From contig OZ251239.1 of NCBI GenBank assembly GCA_965240325.2, forward strand, positions 1,426,001 through 1,490,000: a stretch of DNA of 64,000 nucleotides, written 5' to 3'. This stretch comes from Rebecca billardiae RCC1528 (taxonomy: Eukaryota; Protista; Haptophyta). The notes beneath the pieces were generated by a model that worked only from the letters and a program-made list of their open reading frames with translations, was not told where the DNA came from and ran no database searches. A program made the position numbers and the translations under genes. Shown here piece after piece: positions 11,048 through 21,552 of this stretch; the first letter of the stretch is position 1; each line of letters begins with the position of its first letter.

Positions 11048-13056
11048 AGCGGCGCGGGCGTGCGCACGCCGCTGCGCGGGCGAGCGGCGGCGAGCGCCGG
11101 CGAGCGGAGAGCGTGCAGCGAGCACGAGCGCGCCGGGTGCGAGCGGCGCAGCCACCGTGCCGCGGGGCGACGGCGGCGGAGCGAGCCGACGAGGCAGAAG
11201 CGCGCCGCGCGTCGATGAGCGCGCGAGCAGCACGCCGCTGCCAAGCGGCGCGGGCGTGTGCACGCCCCCGCGCGGGCGAGCGGCGGCGAGCGGCGGCGTG
11301 CGGAGAGCGTGCAGCGAGCATGAGCGCGCTGAGCGCGAGCGGCGCAGCCACCGTGCCGCGGGGCGACGGCGGCGGAGCGAGCTGACGAGGCAGGAGCGCG
11401 GCGCACGCCGATGAGCGCGCGAGCAGCACGCCGCTGCCAAGCGGCGCGGGCGTGTGCACGCCCCTGCGCGGGCAAGCGGCGGCGAGCGGCGGCGTGCGGA
11501 GAGCGTGCAGCGAGCATGAGCGCGCCGAGTGCGAGCGGCGTGACCACCGTGCCGCGGGGCGACGGCGGCGGAGCGAGCCGACGAGGCAGGAGCGCGCCGC
11601 GCGTCGATGAGCGCGCGAGCAGCACGCCGCTGCCAAGCGGTGCGGGCGTGTGCATGCCCCTGCGCGGGCGAGCGGCGGCGAGCGGCGGCGTGCGGAGAGC
11701 GTGCAGCGAGCATGCGCGCGCCGAGTGCGAGCGGCGTGACCACCGTGCCGCGGGGCGACGGCAGCGGAGCGGGCCGACGAGGCAGGAGCGCGCCGCGCGT
11801 CGATGAGCGCGCGAGCAGCACGCCGCTGCCAAGCGGCGCGGGCGTGTGCACGCCCCTGCGCGGGCGAGCGGCGGCGAGCGGCGGCGTGCGGAGAGCGTGC
11901 AGCGAGCGGGCGAGCGGCGGCGAGCGGCGGCGTGCGGAGAGCGTGCAGCGAGCACGAGCGCGCCGAGTGCGAGCGGCGCAGCCACCGTGCCGCGGGGCGA
12001 CGGCGGCGGAGCGAGCCGACGAGGCAGGAGCGCGCCGCGCGTCGATGAGCGCGCGAGCAGCACGCCGCTGCCAAGCGGTGCGGGCGTGTGCATGCCCCTG
12101 CGCGGGCGAGCGGCGGCGAGCGGCGGCGTGCGGAGAGCGTGCAGCGAGCACGAGCGCGCCGAGTGCGAGCGGCGTGACCACCGTGCCGCGGGGCGACGGC
12201 GGCGGAGCGAGCCGACGAGGCAGGAGCGCGCCGCGCGTCGATGAGCGCGCGAGCAGCACGCCGCTGCCAAGCGGCGCGGGCGTGTGCACGCCCCTGCGCG
12301 GGCGAGCGGCGGCGAGCGGCGGCGTGCGGAGAGCGTGCAGCGAGCACGAGCGCGCCGAGCGCGTCGATGAGCGCGCGAGCAGCACGCCGCTGCCAAGCGG
12401 CGCGGGCGTGTGCACGCCCCTGCGCGGGCGAGCGGCGGCGAGCGGCGGCGTGCGGAGAGCGTGCAGCGAGCACGAGCGCGCCGAGTGCGAGCGGCGTGAC
12501 CACCGTGCCGCGGGGCGACGGCGGCGGAGCGAGCCGACGAGGCAGGAGCGCGCCGCGCGTCGATGAGCGCGCGAGCAGCACGCCGCTGCCAAGCGGCGCG
12601 GGCGTGCGCACGCCCCTGTGCGGGCGAGCGGCGGCGAGCGGCGGCGTGCAGAGAGCGTGCAGCGAGCACGAGCGCGCCGAGTGCGAGCGGCGCAGCCACC
12701 GTGCCGCGGGGCGACGGCGGCGGAGCGAGCCGACGAGGCAGGAGCGCGCCGCGCGTCGACGAGCGCGCGAGCAGCACGCCGCTGCCAAGCGGCGCGGGCG
12801 TGTGCACGCCCCGGGGCGGGCGAGCGGCGGCGAGTGGCGGCGAGCGGAGAGCGTGCAGCGAGCACGAGCGCGCCGAGTGCGAGCGGCGCAGCCACCGTGC
12901 CGCGGGGCGACGGCGGCGGAGCGAGCCGACGAGGCAGGAGCGCGGCGCGCGTCGACGAGCGCGCGAGCAGCACGCCGCTGCCAAGCGGCGCGGGCGTGTG
13001 CACGCCCCTGGGCGGGCGAGCGGCGGCGGGCGGCGGCGTGCGGAGAGCGTGCAGCT
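11048..13056. repeat. About 196-bp tandem satellite, about 10 copies, with two partial duplications
   Basis: GA(T/C)GAGCGCGCGAGCAGCACGCCGCTGCCAAGCGG recurs near 11215, 11410, 11606, 11802, 12044, 12240, 12366, 12562, 12758 and 12954. Confidence 0.95.
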
Positions 13057-13542
13057 GCAGCTTGGACGACGCAGCTCGAGAGCCGCCAAGCCACACGACA
13101 GCGAGGCACGAAGGACATCGCGCACAGGGCGCCTCGAAGCTGCGGGCCGCCGGAAACAGCTGCAGCCATCAGGACAGTGGGCGCTTCCGACGGGTGCTCG
13201 CTGCGAGTGAGCGGGAGGCATGCAGCAGCGACGGTAACGGTTGGCTCGGCGCCTGATGAAAAACCCAGTTCACGAATTGGCCGTCCTGACCGCCATGCCA
13301 ACCATGCCTAGTTAGCCTATGGCCCAGGAGCAGCGCAGTGAGTAGGTCGTTCTAGGCCGCCGTGCGTGCACACAGAGCACGGGCTCGAAAGTCCCTTGTG
13401 GCACGAGAAGAGGGTGGCCAAGATGGCAGCCGGACTTGAGCTCGGCCGCCTGGCTCAGGCTGAATGGCAGGCAGGTGTTGATACGGCGCATTGCGCTCCC
13501 ACCGTCCTCTTAGACAATCAGTTATTGTGCCAATAACCCCAC

Positions 13543-13584
<42 letters not shown>
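13543..13584. repeat. (TA)n(TG)n microsatellite separating two elements
   Basis: Directly visible. Confidence 0.95.
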
Positions 13585-13588
<4 letters not shown>

Positions 13589-14369
13589 TCCTGCACAAAG
13601 ATTGAAGCGGCGCCAATCGATGTGTATATATACTTGTGTGAGGTGGGGATTTGTCCCTGGATGACGGGAAGAGCGACTGAGCCGACGGTGCCAAAGCTGA
13701 GCGCAGACTGCGCCAGCGTGTGGCAGCAACTGGTTGTCCCTGGATGACGGGAAGAGCGACTGAGCCGACGGTGCCAAAGCTGAGCGCAGACTGCGCCAGC
13801 GTGTGGCAGCAAGGTCCCGTTTGTGAGCAGGAGAGGTCCCTGGATGACGGGAAGAGCGACTGAGCCGACGGTGCCAAAGCTGAGCGCAGACTGCGCCAGC
13901 GTGTGGCAGCAAGGTCCCTGGCTCAGGCGAGCATAGCACTCACAGGCCTGACAACAGCAAGCTCGTCAACCACAACGGAGGCTGCAGGGGCGGATGGCGG
14001 GTTGAGCGACGAGCGAGCGAGCACGAGCAAAGAAGCACGCGACGGCGAAGGAGATGGGGCCTCGTTTGCTGATGATGAGGCAAGGGGCCGACTGGCAGTA
14101 ACTGATGAGCAGCTTGTGAGCTCGGCGCGAAAGGTCGTAAAGTGCCGATTTGTGTGAGCTCGACTGGTTAGTTGCTTGATGAACTGGAAAGCTGCCACTC
14201 GGATGACTGCAGATGATCTTGGATATGATCTCGAGCGCCGTACCAGCACGAAGCAACTACCTGCAGGATCAGGTAGACGATGGAGGCCCTTGGCCTTGGC
14301 TGTCACGACACTGCGACGCATCACCTTCCAGCCTCCCGACACATTCGGTTATAACTGCGTTATAACGCC

Positions 14370-14371
<2 letters not shown>
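13585..14371. mobile_element. Second putative non-autonomous microsatellite-inserted element
   Basis: Bounded by (TG)n and (TA)n. Starts GTC and ends GTTATAACTGCGTTATAACGCCAC|AT, similar to the end of the neighbouring element. Contains three 77-bp repeats. Confidence 0.5.
13653..13912. repeat. Three identical 77-bp direct repeats
   Basis: GTCCCTGGATGACGGGAAGAG...GTGTGGCAGCAA at 13653-13729, 13736-13812 and 13836-13912. Confidence 0.95.

Positions 14372-14432
<61 letters not shown>
14372..14432. repeat. (TA)n microsatellite
   Basis: Directly visible. Confidence 0.95.
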
Positions 14433-14433
<1 letters not shown>

Positions 14434-14673
14434 CTATACCGCCCGGCCATCATATTCCGTGCTGCTATACTCGCGCGCTGCGCCGATCGATATTCATCGT
14501 CATCATCAATATTCCCAGCGCTAGCAGAGTGGCCAGACCTGACCCATCCGAGCAGTCCGGTCGCGGACCGTGAGCTCAGCTGACCGATCGCGGCCGCCAC
14601 GCTCGGCGGCATCTCTCGTCGACGTGGCTTGCGACGATCGCCGCCGCGCGCAGCTGCTTCCGCCCGCCGTCAA

Positions 14674-15924
14674 TCAAGCGTACAGGCCCGCGCGCGAGCA
14701 GTCGTGCCAGTCGAGTCCGGTGCAGTAGACGGGCATCCAGCACGTCACGCTCGAGTAGCGCGTGCTCAGCTGGTGCTCGCCCTCGGACACCTGGCCGCAC
14801 GTGAACGTCGGCGGGTAGAAGCCCTGCTTCGCGCAGCCGCCGCGCGCGAACGGCGTCGGGAAGTCGATCACCGGCTCGTACCCGCCGCCGCCGCCGCACG
14901 AGCTCGGCGGCTTGGGGATGGCGTCGTTGGGCGACGCGCGCATGCCGCAGAAGCAGCGGCGCTCGCGCAGCGCGAGGCCGTAGAACGTGTAGTTGCCCAT
15001 GTAGCACGCGTTGCGGCACTCCGTCGTGCTGAACCCCCAGTGCGCGCCGCCGTACGGCTGCACGTCCAGCACGGCCGACGGCCCGTTGTGCCCGCAGCCG
15101 CGCATGCCGTGCCGGAAGCAGCCGACGTACCGAGTGCCGGCGAGGCACGGCAGCTCGTTCACGTTCCGGACGAGCGAGCTGTTCGCGCCGAGGAAGAGCG
15201 GGTAGCCGGTGGTGTACACGGCGAGGTGGCGGTCGTCGCCGCACGCGCGCGCGCGGCCGTACTCGGCCGCGCCCTCGAGCGCGCACGGCTCGCCGCACGC
15301 CGCCGTGCCGCTGAACCGAGGCTTGCCGATCTCGGCGCCGAGATCGAGCAGGTTGTGCGCGCAGTAGCACTCGTCCCCCAGCATCGCAAAGTACTGCGCG
15401 CGGCCGCGAGGGGCACCGCGCGCGGTGAGGGCGCCGCGCACGGGGCGGCGCCGTGCAGCCGCCTGCTGCGCGGTTTCGCGCGCACGGGCGCGCACCTCGT
15501 AGTTGGTGGCGGCGCCCTGCCTGAGAGCGTCGCTCAGGTTGCCACGGAATCGCGACGACATGAACGAGTAGCAGAGGAGCTGGCACGTGGCCGAGGTCAT
15601 GCCCGTGGCGGCGCGCGTCGCGTACTGGAGCAACCGTCGCCGTTCGCCGCGCGAGCCCATGCTCACGCAGCCGATGTACTCGCTATACTCCACACACGGC
15701 GGGTTGAGGAGGTTGGCCGCATGCACAAAGCGCTTCTCCGCGCTGGCCGTCTCCGCGCCGGCGTGCGCGCGCACCACGCCGCCGGCTCGTCGGCTCCGGC
15801 TGTGCAAGGGTATGCTGGGGCGCGAGGCGCGCGAGAGAGCGAGGCAGCCGAGGAGCGCGATGGCGAGCACCCCGGCCACGGCGAGCGCACCCACCAGCGC
15901 GCGGCGCGTTAGCGGCGCCGCCAT
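14674..15924 (-). CDS. WSC-domain (carbohydrate-binding) membrane-anchored or secreted protein; probable in-frame intron 15394-15495
   Basis: ATG 15924 followed by a hydrophobic anchor. Two WSC-like Cys patterns: YIGC...MTSATCQLLC...YFAMLGDECYC...C...C...CG...AVY and YVGCF...STTECRNAC...YTFYGL...CFCG. A 102-nt GTGCG...GCAG segment interrupts domain 1. Confidence 0.75.
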   Translation of the reverse strand: MAAPLTRRALVGALAVAGVLAIALLGCLALSRASRPSIPLHSRSRRAGGVVRAHAGAETASAEKRFVHAANLLNPPCVEYSEYIGCVSMGSRGERRRLLQYATRAATGMTSATCQLLCYSFMSSRFRGNLSDALRQGAATNYEVRARARETAQQAAARRRPVRGALTARGAPRGRAQYFAMLGDECYCAHNLLDLGAEIGKPRFSGTAACGEPCALEGAAEYGRARACGDDRHLAVYTTGYPLFLGANSSLVRNVNELPCLAGTRYVGCFRHGMRGCGHNGPSAVLDVQPYGGAHWGFSTTECRNACYMGNYTFYGLALRERRCFCGMRASPNDAIPKPPSSCGGGGGYEPVIDFPTPFARGGCAKQGFYPPTFTCGQVSEGEHQLSTRYSSVTCWMPVYCTGLDWHDCSRAGLYA

Positions 15925-16042
15925 GGTCGTTCCGCCGCCGGCCACAAAGGAGCTCCCGGACGCACGGCGGCGGCGGTGGCTCCAGCGGTCGACGATCGAC
16001 AGCTCTGGTCCCACGATGGCGTAAGCATCTCCGGCGGCACAC

Positions 16043-18043
16043 ATGAGCCTTCTGCGGCCTGCCCTGTCCGCCGTGGTCGTGGCGTGCCTGGCGTTCGTGC
16101 TGCTCCTCTTCCACGCGGAATGGAACTCCAAGCGCTGGCCGGCCGCCCGCGTCGATGAGCTCGTGACGCTCACCGCTGCGGACGAGAGCGCGCCGAGCGC
16201 TCCGGGCGCGACCGTGCGCCTGAGCAGCACCGGCGCCGCGGACGAGAGCGCGGCGCGCGGCGCGGGCGAGGATCCCGCGAGCGCGTCCGAGCCGGCCGCA
16301 GGCGAGAACCTCGCGCCGGACGACGCCGAGGCGCGCGCCGCGACCCGCGCCGCAGCCGGAGCCGCTCGGAGCTCTGCGCAGCCGGCAGCGGCGCGCAGCA
16401 GCTCGGCGGCTGCAGCGCCGGCCGCGCCGCGCCGCCCGTCCGGCCCGGCGCGCCCGCGCTCGCCGGCGGCGCGCGGCGCCGCCCAGGACGCGCAGGCCGC
16501 CGAGCTGCGGGCCGCGGCCGCGGTGCGCGCGCTCGAGCTCGAGGGCGAGCAGATCGGCGGGTTCCCGTACCTGATGCTGCTCGGCACGAGCAAGGGCGGC
16601 TCGACGTTTCTGTTCGAGTGCATGGAGCAGGCGTTCCACCCGCGCGTGGTGTGCGGCGCGGACAACGCGTCCAGGTGGACGCGCGAGTTCTGCGGCGAGC
16701 GCCGCTTCCTGCTGCCCGCCGTCCGGCTGCACTACGTGCCGCCCGACGCGGCCGCGGGGCGCGCGCAGCCGACCGTGCGGATTAATTCGATTAAGGAGAA
16801 TTACGTGTTCACGCGCGGCATGTACCGCGGGCCGACGGTCGAGCCGGAGCGGCAGCGCTTCTACCGCGGGCCGAAGCTGCCGCTCAGCTTCTGGGAGCAC
16901 CGGCGCTGGACCACGAGCGACCCCGCCGCCGCGCGCGAGATGCTGCGCGCCACGATGCGCGCGTGCGCCGAGCACGTCGGCGCCAACCAGAGCTGCCCGC
17001 TGCGCGACTTCCGCGCCGAGGGCCGGCCCTACTCGTTCCGGGGGATGGAGAACGCGCGCGAGGGCGAGGGCTGCGGCTTCAAGCGCGGGCCGCCGCCGCC
17101 CGACGACGAGGTCGGCATCTCGACGCACCCGCTGTGCAAGGCGCGCGGCCGCGGCTACGTCAACCGCAACCTGCTGGACGTGCGCGCGTTCCCGCCCGTG
17201 CCGCCCGACGCGCCGCCGGGTGAGCCGTGGCGCGCGCGGCTGCTGGCGTACGACGGCTGCCCGTACAACCTGGGCTCGGCGCGCGCGCCCGACATCCTGC
17301 AGCACATGTTCTCGAGCGCGCGCGCCGCCGCCGCCATGCGCTTCATCGTGCTGCTCCGCGACCCGATCGACCGCGCGTACTCCGAGTGGGCGATGACCAA
17401 CCGGTGGCGGGGCCAGATGCACGCGGGCGGCACCTTCTGGAGGCACGCGCGGCAGCAGGTCGCCGAGCTGCGCGAGTGCCTTGGCGCGGAGCTCGCGCCG
17501 ATGCTGCACGGCAACCTGAGCGACGCGCGCTTCGTGGAGCTGTACCACGAGTGCATCAGCGCCGACTACTACTCGTACATCAAGAACTCGCTGTACGGCC
17601 TCCACCTGCGCAACTGGCTGCGCTACTTCCCCCCAGAGAGCTTCCTGCTGATGGAGACAGAGAAGATGGCGCGGATGAAGGCGCCGCAGCTGCTCGCGTT
17701 CGTCGCGCGCTTCACCGGCCTGCACTTCGACGCGGCCGAGTTCGCGAGGCACCCGAGCGCGAGCTCCGTGCGCCGCGCGTGCGAGCCCAAGCCCAAGGGC
17801 AACCGCTCGCCCAACCTCAAGTCCGACGGCTCGACCAGCACGCCGGTCGACCCGCGCGCGCGCGCCGCGCTGCACCGCTTCTTCTTCCCAGACGGCGCGA
17901 CGCCGCGCATGCACATGCTCCCGCCGCCGCAGCTGCAGGTCTGGGCGGACCGCGTGCTGGCCGCGGCCGCGAGCGCGCGCGCCGCGGCGGCCAGCGCCGG
18001 GGAGGGCAGTGGCCAGCAGCCTGAATTGCAAGCAGCATCGTAA
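16043..18043 (+). CDS. Type II membrane sulfotransferase (heparan-sulfate sulfotransferase-like fold)
   Basis: N-terminal transmembrane segment and Ala-rich stem. 5'-PSB motif LLGTSKGGST, 3'-PB motif RFIVLLRDPIDRAYSEW, and SLYGLHLRNWLRYFP. Confidence 0.85.
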   Translation: MSLLRPALSAVVVACLAFVLLLFHAEWNSKRWPAARVDELVTLTAADESAPSAPGATVRLSSTGAADESAARGAGEDPASASEPAAGENLAPDDAEARAATRAAAGAARSSAQPAAARSSSAAAAPAAPRRPSGPARPRSPAARGAAQDAQAAELRAAAAVRALELEGEQIGGFPYLMLLGTSKGGSTFLFECMEQAFHPRVVCGADNASRWTREFCGERRFLLPAVRLHYVPPDAAAGRAQPTVRINSIKENYVFTRGMYRGPTVEPERQRFYRGPKLPLSFWEHRRWTTSDPAAAREMLRATMRACAEHVGANQSCPLRDFRAEGRPYSFRGMENAREGEGCGFKRGPPPPDDEVGISTHPLCKARGRGYVNRNLLDVRAFPPVPPDAPPGEPWRARLLAYDGCPYNLGSARAPDILQHMFSSARAAAAMRFIVLLRDPIDRAYSEWAMTNRWRGQMHAGGTFWRHARQQVAELRECLGAELAPMLHGNLSDARFVELYHECISADYYSYIKNSLYGLHLRNWLRYFPPESFLLMETEKMARMKAPQLLAFVARFTGLHFDAAEFARHPSASSVRRACEPKPKGNRSPNLKSDGSTSTPVDPRARAALHRFFFPDGATPRMHMLPPPQLQVWADRVLAAAASARAAAASAGEGSGQQPELQAAS

Positions 18044-18506
18044 GTTAGCCTGCGAAGGCCGCCACGCGCGCTCTGATGACTGACTGCCGATCTAGCTGCT
18101 AGTGCCGATACGTCGGTCTGCCGTCGGCTGCGTGGCCATATTCGGCGCCGACTCTCATCGAAGCGACCGACCATGAAAAAATGAACGCCATCATCACCGT
18201 GGCCGTGCGGACGGATCGCGGCCCCGGCCGCCCGGCCGCCCGGCTCCGCGGCCTGAGGCCTCCTCGCGGCCCGGCCCGACTCGGCGGCGGCGGCTGAGCG
18301 GGGCCTGGTCGACGGCGCTTCGCGCGATACAGTCGCGGCCCAGCCATGCGCGCAGACGGTGTGGACCGCCGAGCGCACAGTGTCACCCGTTCGTCACCAT
18401 TGCATCTTGATCGATGACGCCACGCCGCGTCGACGGCGCGTCGTTGCCCCGGCCGCTCGGCAGGACTTGCGAGGACGAAACCCGCGACCGGTAGTCTTCG
18501 GCGGCC

Positions 18507-19821
18507 ATGCTGCTCGGACGGGCGCTCGCGAGCCGAGCGCGCGCGGCGGCGCAGGCGTGCCCGCGCGCGCTCGCGCTCCCGCTGCTGCAGCGCACGACGG
18601 GCGTGGTCGCGCGTAGCGTGGGCACCAAGGCCTCCAACGCCGCGGGCCAGTCCATCTTCGAGCTCGGCCAGGTCGACCGCGGCTTCTTCCAAGGGACGGC
18701 GATGCTCGCGGCGGTGATGGCGGGGACGCAGCTGGTCCCGGTGGAGACGCAGGCGGAGGCGATCCGGCGGCTGGCGCAAGGGTTTCGCGCCCTCGGCCTC
18801 CGCGCCTCGTGCATCTCCGACGACGTGCTCGTCAACGACTTCCTGCGCAAGAACGCGCTGGCGGCGCAGAATGTTCTGATCGCTTCGCCCACGTTCTATT
18901 TCCTCTTCGCATACATCACGGACCAGTCGCTCGGCGTGTGCGCGATGCGCGCGCTGACCGGGACGATGCGCATCGTCCCGTTCATGTTCCTCTTCTACGG
19001 CGCCTTCGCCTGCCTCGCCCCCTTCGCCGCGCAGTGGGTGATGCTGTCGAATAATCAGACGTACGAGCAGGCGGTGACCCCCGCCAACGTCGGGCTGATG
19101 CTCGGAGGTGCGGCGCGAACGGGCGCTCGGGCGCGCGGGGCGGGGGGCGCGGGAAGGGGTGCGACCGGCGCACCGCGCGCGCGCGCCGCGCCGCGCGCGC
19201 CCTTGACTCGAGCGCGCGCGTGCCCGCCCACAACGCCGTGGCCGCGCCACTTCTGCTGCCGCCACCGCCGTGACTGCGCCGCCGCCGTCGCCGCCGCCAG
19301 GCTTCGTCTTCGTCGAGGCTGTGGTCGAGCTGCGCGGCTGCGGCGTCACCTTCGCGCAGATGACGCTCTCGTCGTTCCTCATCTTCGTCCCCGCGCTGGT
19401 CGGCCGGCTCGCCGCGGGCGTGCTCACGCAGCAGTCCAAGGTCGGGCAGGAGTCGCCGCCGCTCGTCCCGGCTGAGTGGGCGGCGGGAGCTGAGTGGCAG
19501 CGCGCCGCGCACAAGGTGAGCCGCGCGCTCTGCCTGGACATGGACTTCCTCACGACCGCGGCGGGGACGTCGGTGTTCCAGCACGTGCTCAACGCCGTCA
19601 CCTTCGTGCTGCTCACGCGCGGCAACAAGTCGACCATCGGCGACATCTTCCGGTTCCTCTGCTTCGGGGTCAATAACACACTCGCCTCGGGCGCGGCGCA
19701 GACGCTGCGCACGTTCGTGATGCGCACGCTCTTCGGGCTCTCGTGGAACATGGCGAGCAGCCAGCCGTGGGAGACGCCCGCGTTCGACCGCGCCGCCGCC
19801 GCCGCCTCGGCGCAGCACTAG
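18507..19821 (+). CDS. Hypothetical multi-pass membrane protein; exons 18507-19107 and 19301-19821
   Basis: Strong GC3 coding bias and several hydrophobic segments. The GTGCG...CCAG intron 19108-19300 joins two ORF-track frames in phase (LMLG-G-FVFVE). No family recognised. Confidence 0.65.
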
Positions 19822-20856
19822 CGCGCGCCGCGCGCCGGCGCCGCGGCCGTCCGAGCCCTCGCGGCGCGGGCGCAGGAGGCGCGGCACGGGCCGCCGCTGA
19901 GCCTGAGACCGAGTGACTAGCGCTGCTAGAGCCTAGAGCAGACCGGAGGGGGTCACGCGACGAGCTTTCACGGCGACGGCTTGCGGTCGCGGCGACGACG
20001 GCGGGCCACGACGATGCCTCGTGCCGCCGTGACGTGGTCGGACGGCAGGCTGCGGACGGCCGATCCACGCGTGCTGTTGCCGCGTTCACGCTCGGCGCGA
20101 GAGGCTGAGTCATACTCCGCGGGCTTAATATAACTCTGCCCAAGCCGGGCAAGGCGACTGCCTCGAGCACGCAGCAGACGACTGCTAAGCAGACCGCTGC
20201 GCGCTCGGCGGCTGCCGCTGTCGTTATCGTATATATATAGTCGTGTAGTGACACCGCGCCGTGTAAGTGCTCACTGCCGCATACGGCCGAGTCGTATTGA
20301 TAATTATTAGTTAACTGCTCACGTCGTCATCATGAATCATGATTCATCATCGTCACGAGCAGTCGTATCGCGTCTGCTCGATGATATCATCATAGACTCA
20401 CGAGTCGCGCGGCCACAGGCGGCCTATAGCGCATCGCGGCGGCATCGCCATCATTTATATTCATCAGAATGATTGCGCGCACGCAGCAGCTATCAGCCCG
20501 TGGTATGACGCCGTGGCGGCCGTGCGCGCGACGGCGCGGAGACGTGCCAGTGCCCAGTCCCGGGAGTTAGTGTGACTAGCGCCGGTCAGCCACGGCTGCA
20601 CCGGGAGCACTGATGCTGCGCTGCTAAGTATAGGGCGGCGCATCAGTGCCAGTGCCTACTAATAACGGACGCCCGTCGGGGTACCGCCTTTATTACCTAC
20701 CGACGAGCAGCTGGCGCCCAGCGCTAGTCAGCCAGCAGGCCCAGCAGAAGCAGTCTCAGCTCAGTGATGAGCTGCCAGGCTTGCGGCCATCAGCCCATCG
20801 ACATCGTGGGCGCGGTGAGCCAGTGCGCCACGCCGGGAGGCGGGCGGCGTGGGGCG

Positions 20857-21552
20857 CTACATGATGTTCGTCAGCTCCATCTCGAAGATGAGCGTCGCGT
20901 CGGGAGGCACCATGCCTGGCACGCCCTTCTTGCCGTACGCGTGCTCGGGCGGGATGGTGATCTCAGCAATCTCGCCGACGCTCATCTTGAGCACAGCCGC
21001 GTCCCACCCGGCGATGACGGCTGGCTTGGGCATGCCCACCTTGAACACGAGCGGCGCGCGCCTCTTGCCCGTCTTCGGGTCCGTCGTTGTCGAGTCGAAC
21101 ACCGTGCCGTCCTCCAGCTTCCCAGTGTAGTGCACCTGCACCTTGGCGCCGGGCTCGGGGTAGGTTCCGCGACCCTTCTTCTTGACGCGCTTGGTGAAGA
21201 GGGGCGTCGCGGGCGCGCTGGGCGGCGTCTCCGACGAGGGCGCGCCCGCAGCCGACTCGGCCTGCGCCGCCGGCCGCTCCTTCCCTCGATCCTGCTCCGC
21301 GCGAGCCGCCTCGCGCTCGGCCTCGGTCGCCCACGCGCCCGCCTCCACCGCCTCCCTGTACGCCTTCTCCAGCGCGGGGCCCTTCGTGTTCTTGGCGACG
21401 TTCTTGGGCTGGCCGGTCAGGCGGTGGGTCTGCAGCAGCTCGAGCGTCGCGTGCGCCTGGAGGAACTCAATGACCTCCTTCTTCGGGACGTTCGCCACCT
21501 CCGCGACCGGCCAAGGCGGCGACACGGCCGGGGCCTCGTCGTCACCCGCCAT
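20857..21552 (-). CDS. FKBP3: FKBP-type peptidyl-prolyl isomerase, FKBP25-like
   Basis: N-terminal VPKKEVIEFLQAHA...HRLTGQPKNVAKN resembles the FKBP25 basic tilted helix bundle. C-terminal FKBP domain: VHYTGKLEDGTVFDS...VIAGWD...AYGKKG...ATLIFEMEL. Confidence 0.85.
   Translation of the reverse strand: MAGDDEAPAVSPPWPVAEVANVPKKEVIEFLQAHATLELLQTHRLTGQPKNVAKNTKGPALEKAYREAVEAGAWATEAEREAARAEQDRGKERPAAQAESAAGAPSSETPPSAPATPLFTKRVKKKGRGTYPEPGAKVQVHYTGKLEDGTVFDSTTTDPKTGKRRAPLVFKVGMPKPAVIAGWDAAVLKMSVGEIAEITIPPEHAYGKKGVPGMVPPDATLIFEMELTNIM

Larger units (their letters stand above)
8272..13542. mobile_element. Non-autonomous element with split direct repeats (A1-x-B1-A2-internal-B2) inserted in (TA)n
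   Basis: A = 216 bp at 8272-8487 and 9091-9306. B = 486 bp at 8605-9090 and 13057-13542. B1 abuts A2 exactly (CCCCAC|GTCTAG). Both outer ends border TA repeats. No recognisable coding domain inside. Confidence 0.75.

Noticed and set aside
9093-13311. Very long ORFs (up to 1402 aa) on both strands
   Set aside because: Products of stop-free GC-rich minisatellites; open in several frames at once, low complexity, no domain motifs.
9870-13912. CRISPR-like appearance of the 63-, 196- and 77-bp repeats
   Set aside because: Units are contiguous or nearly so, without unique constant-length spacers; no cas genes; eukaryotic context.
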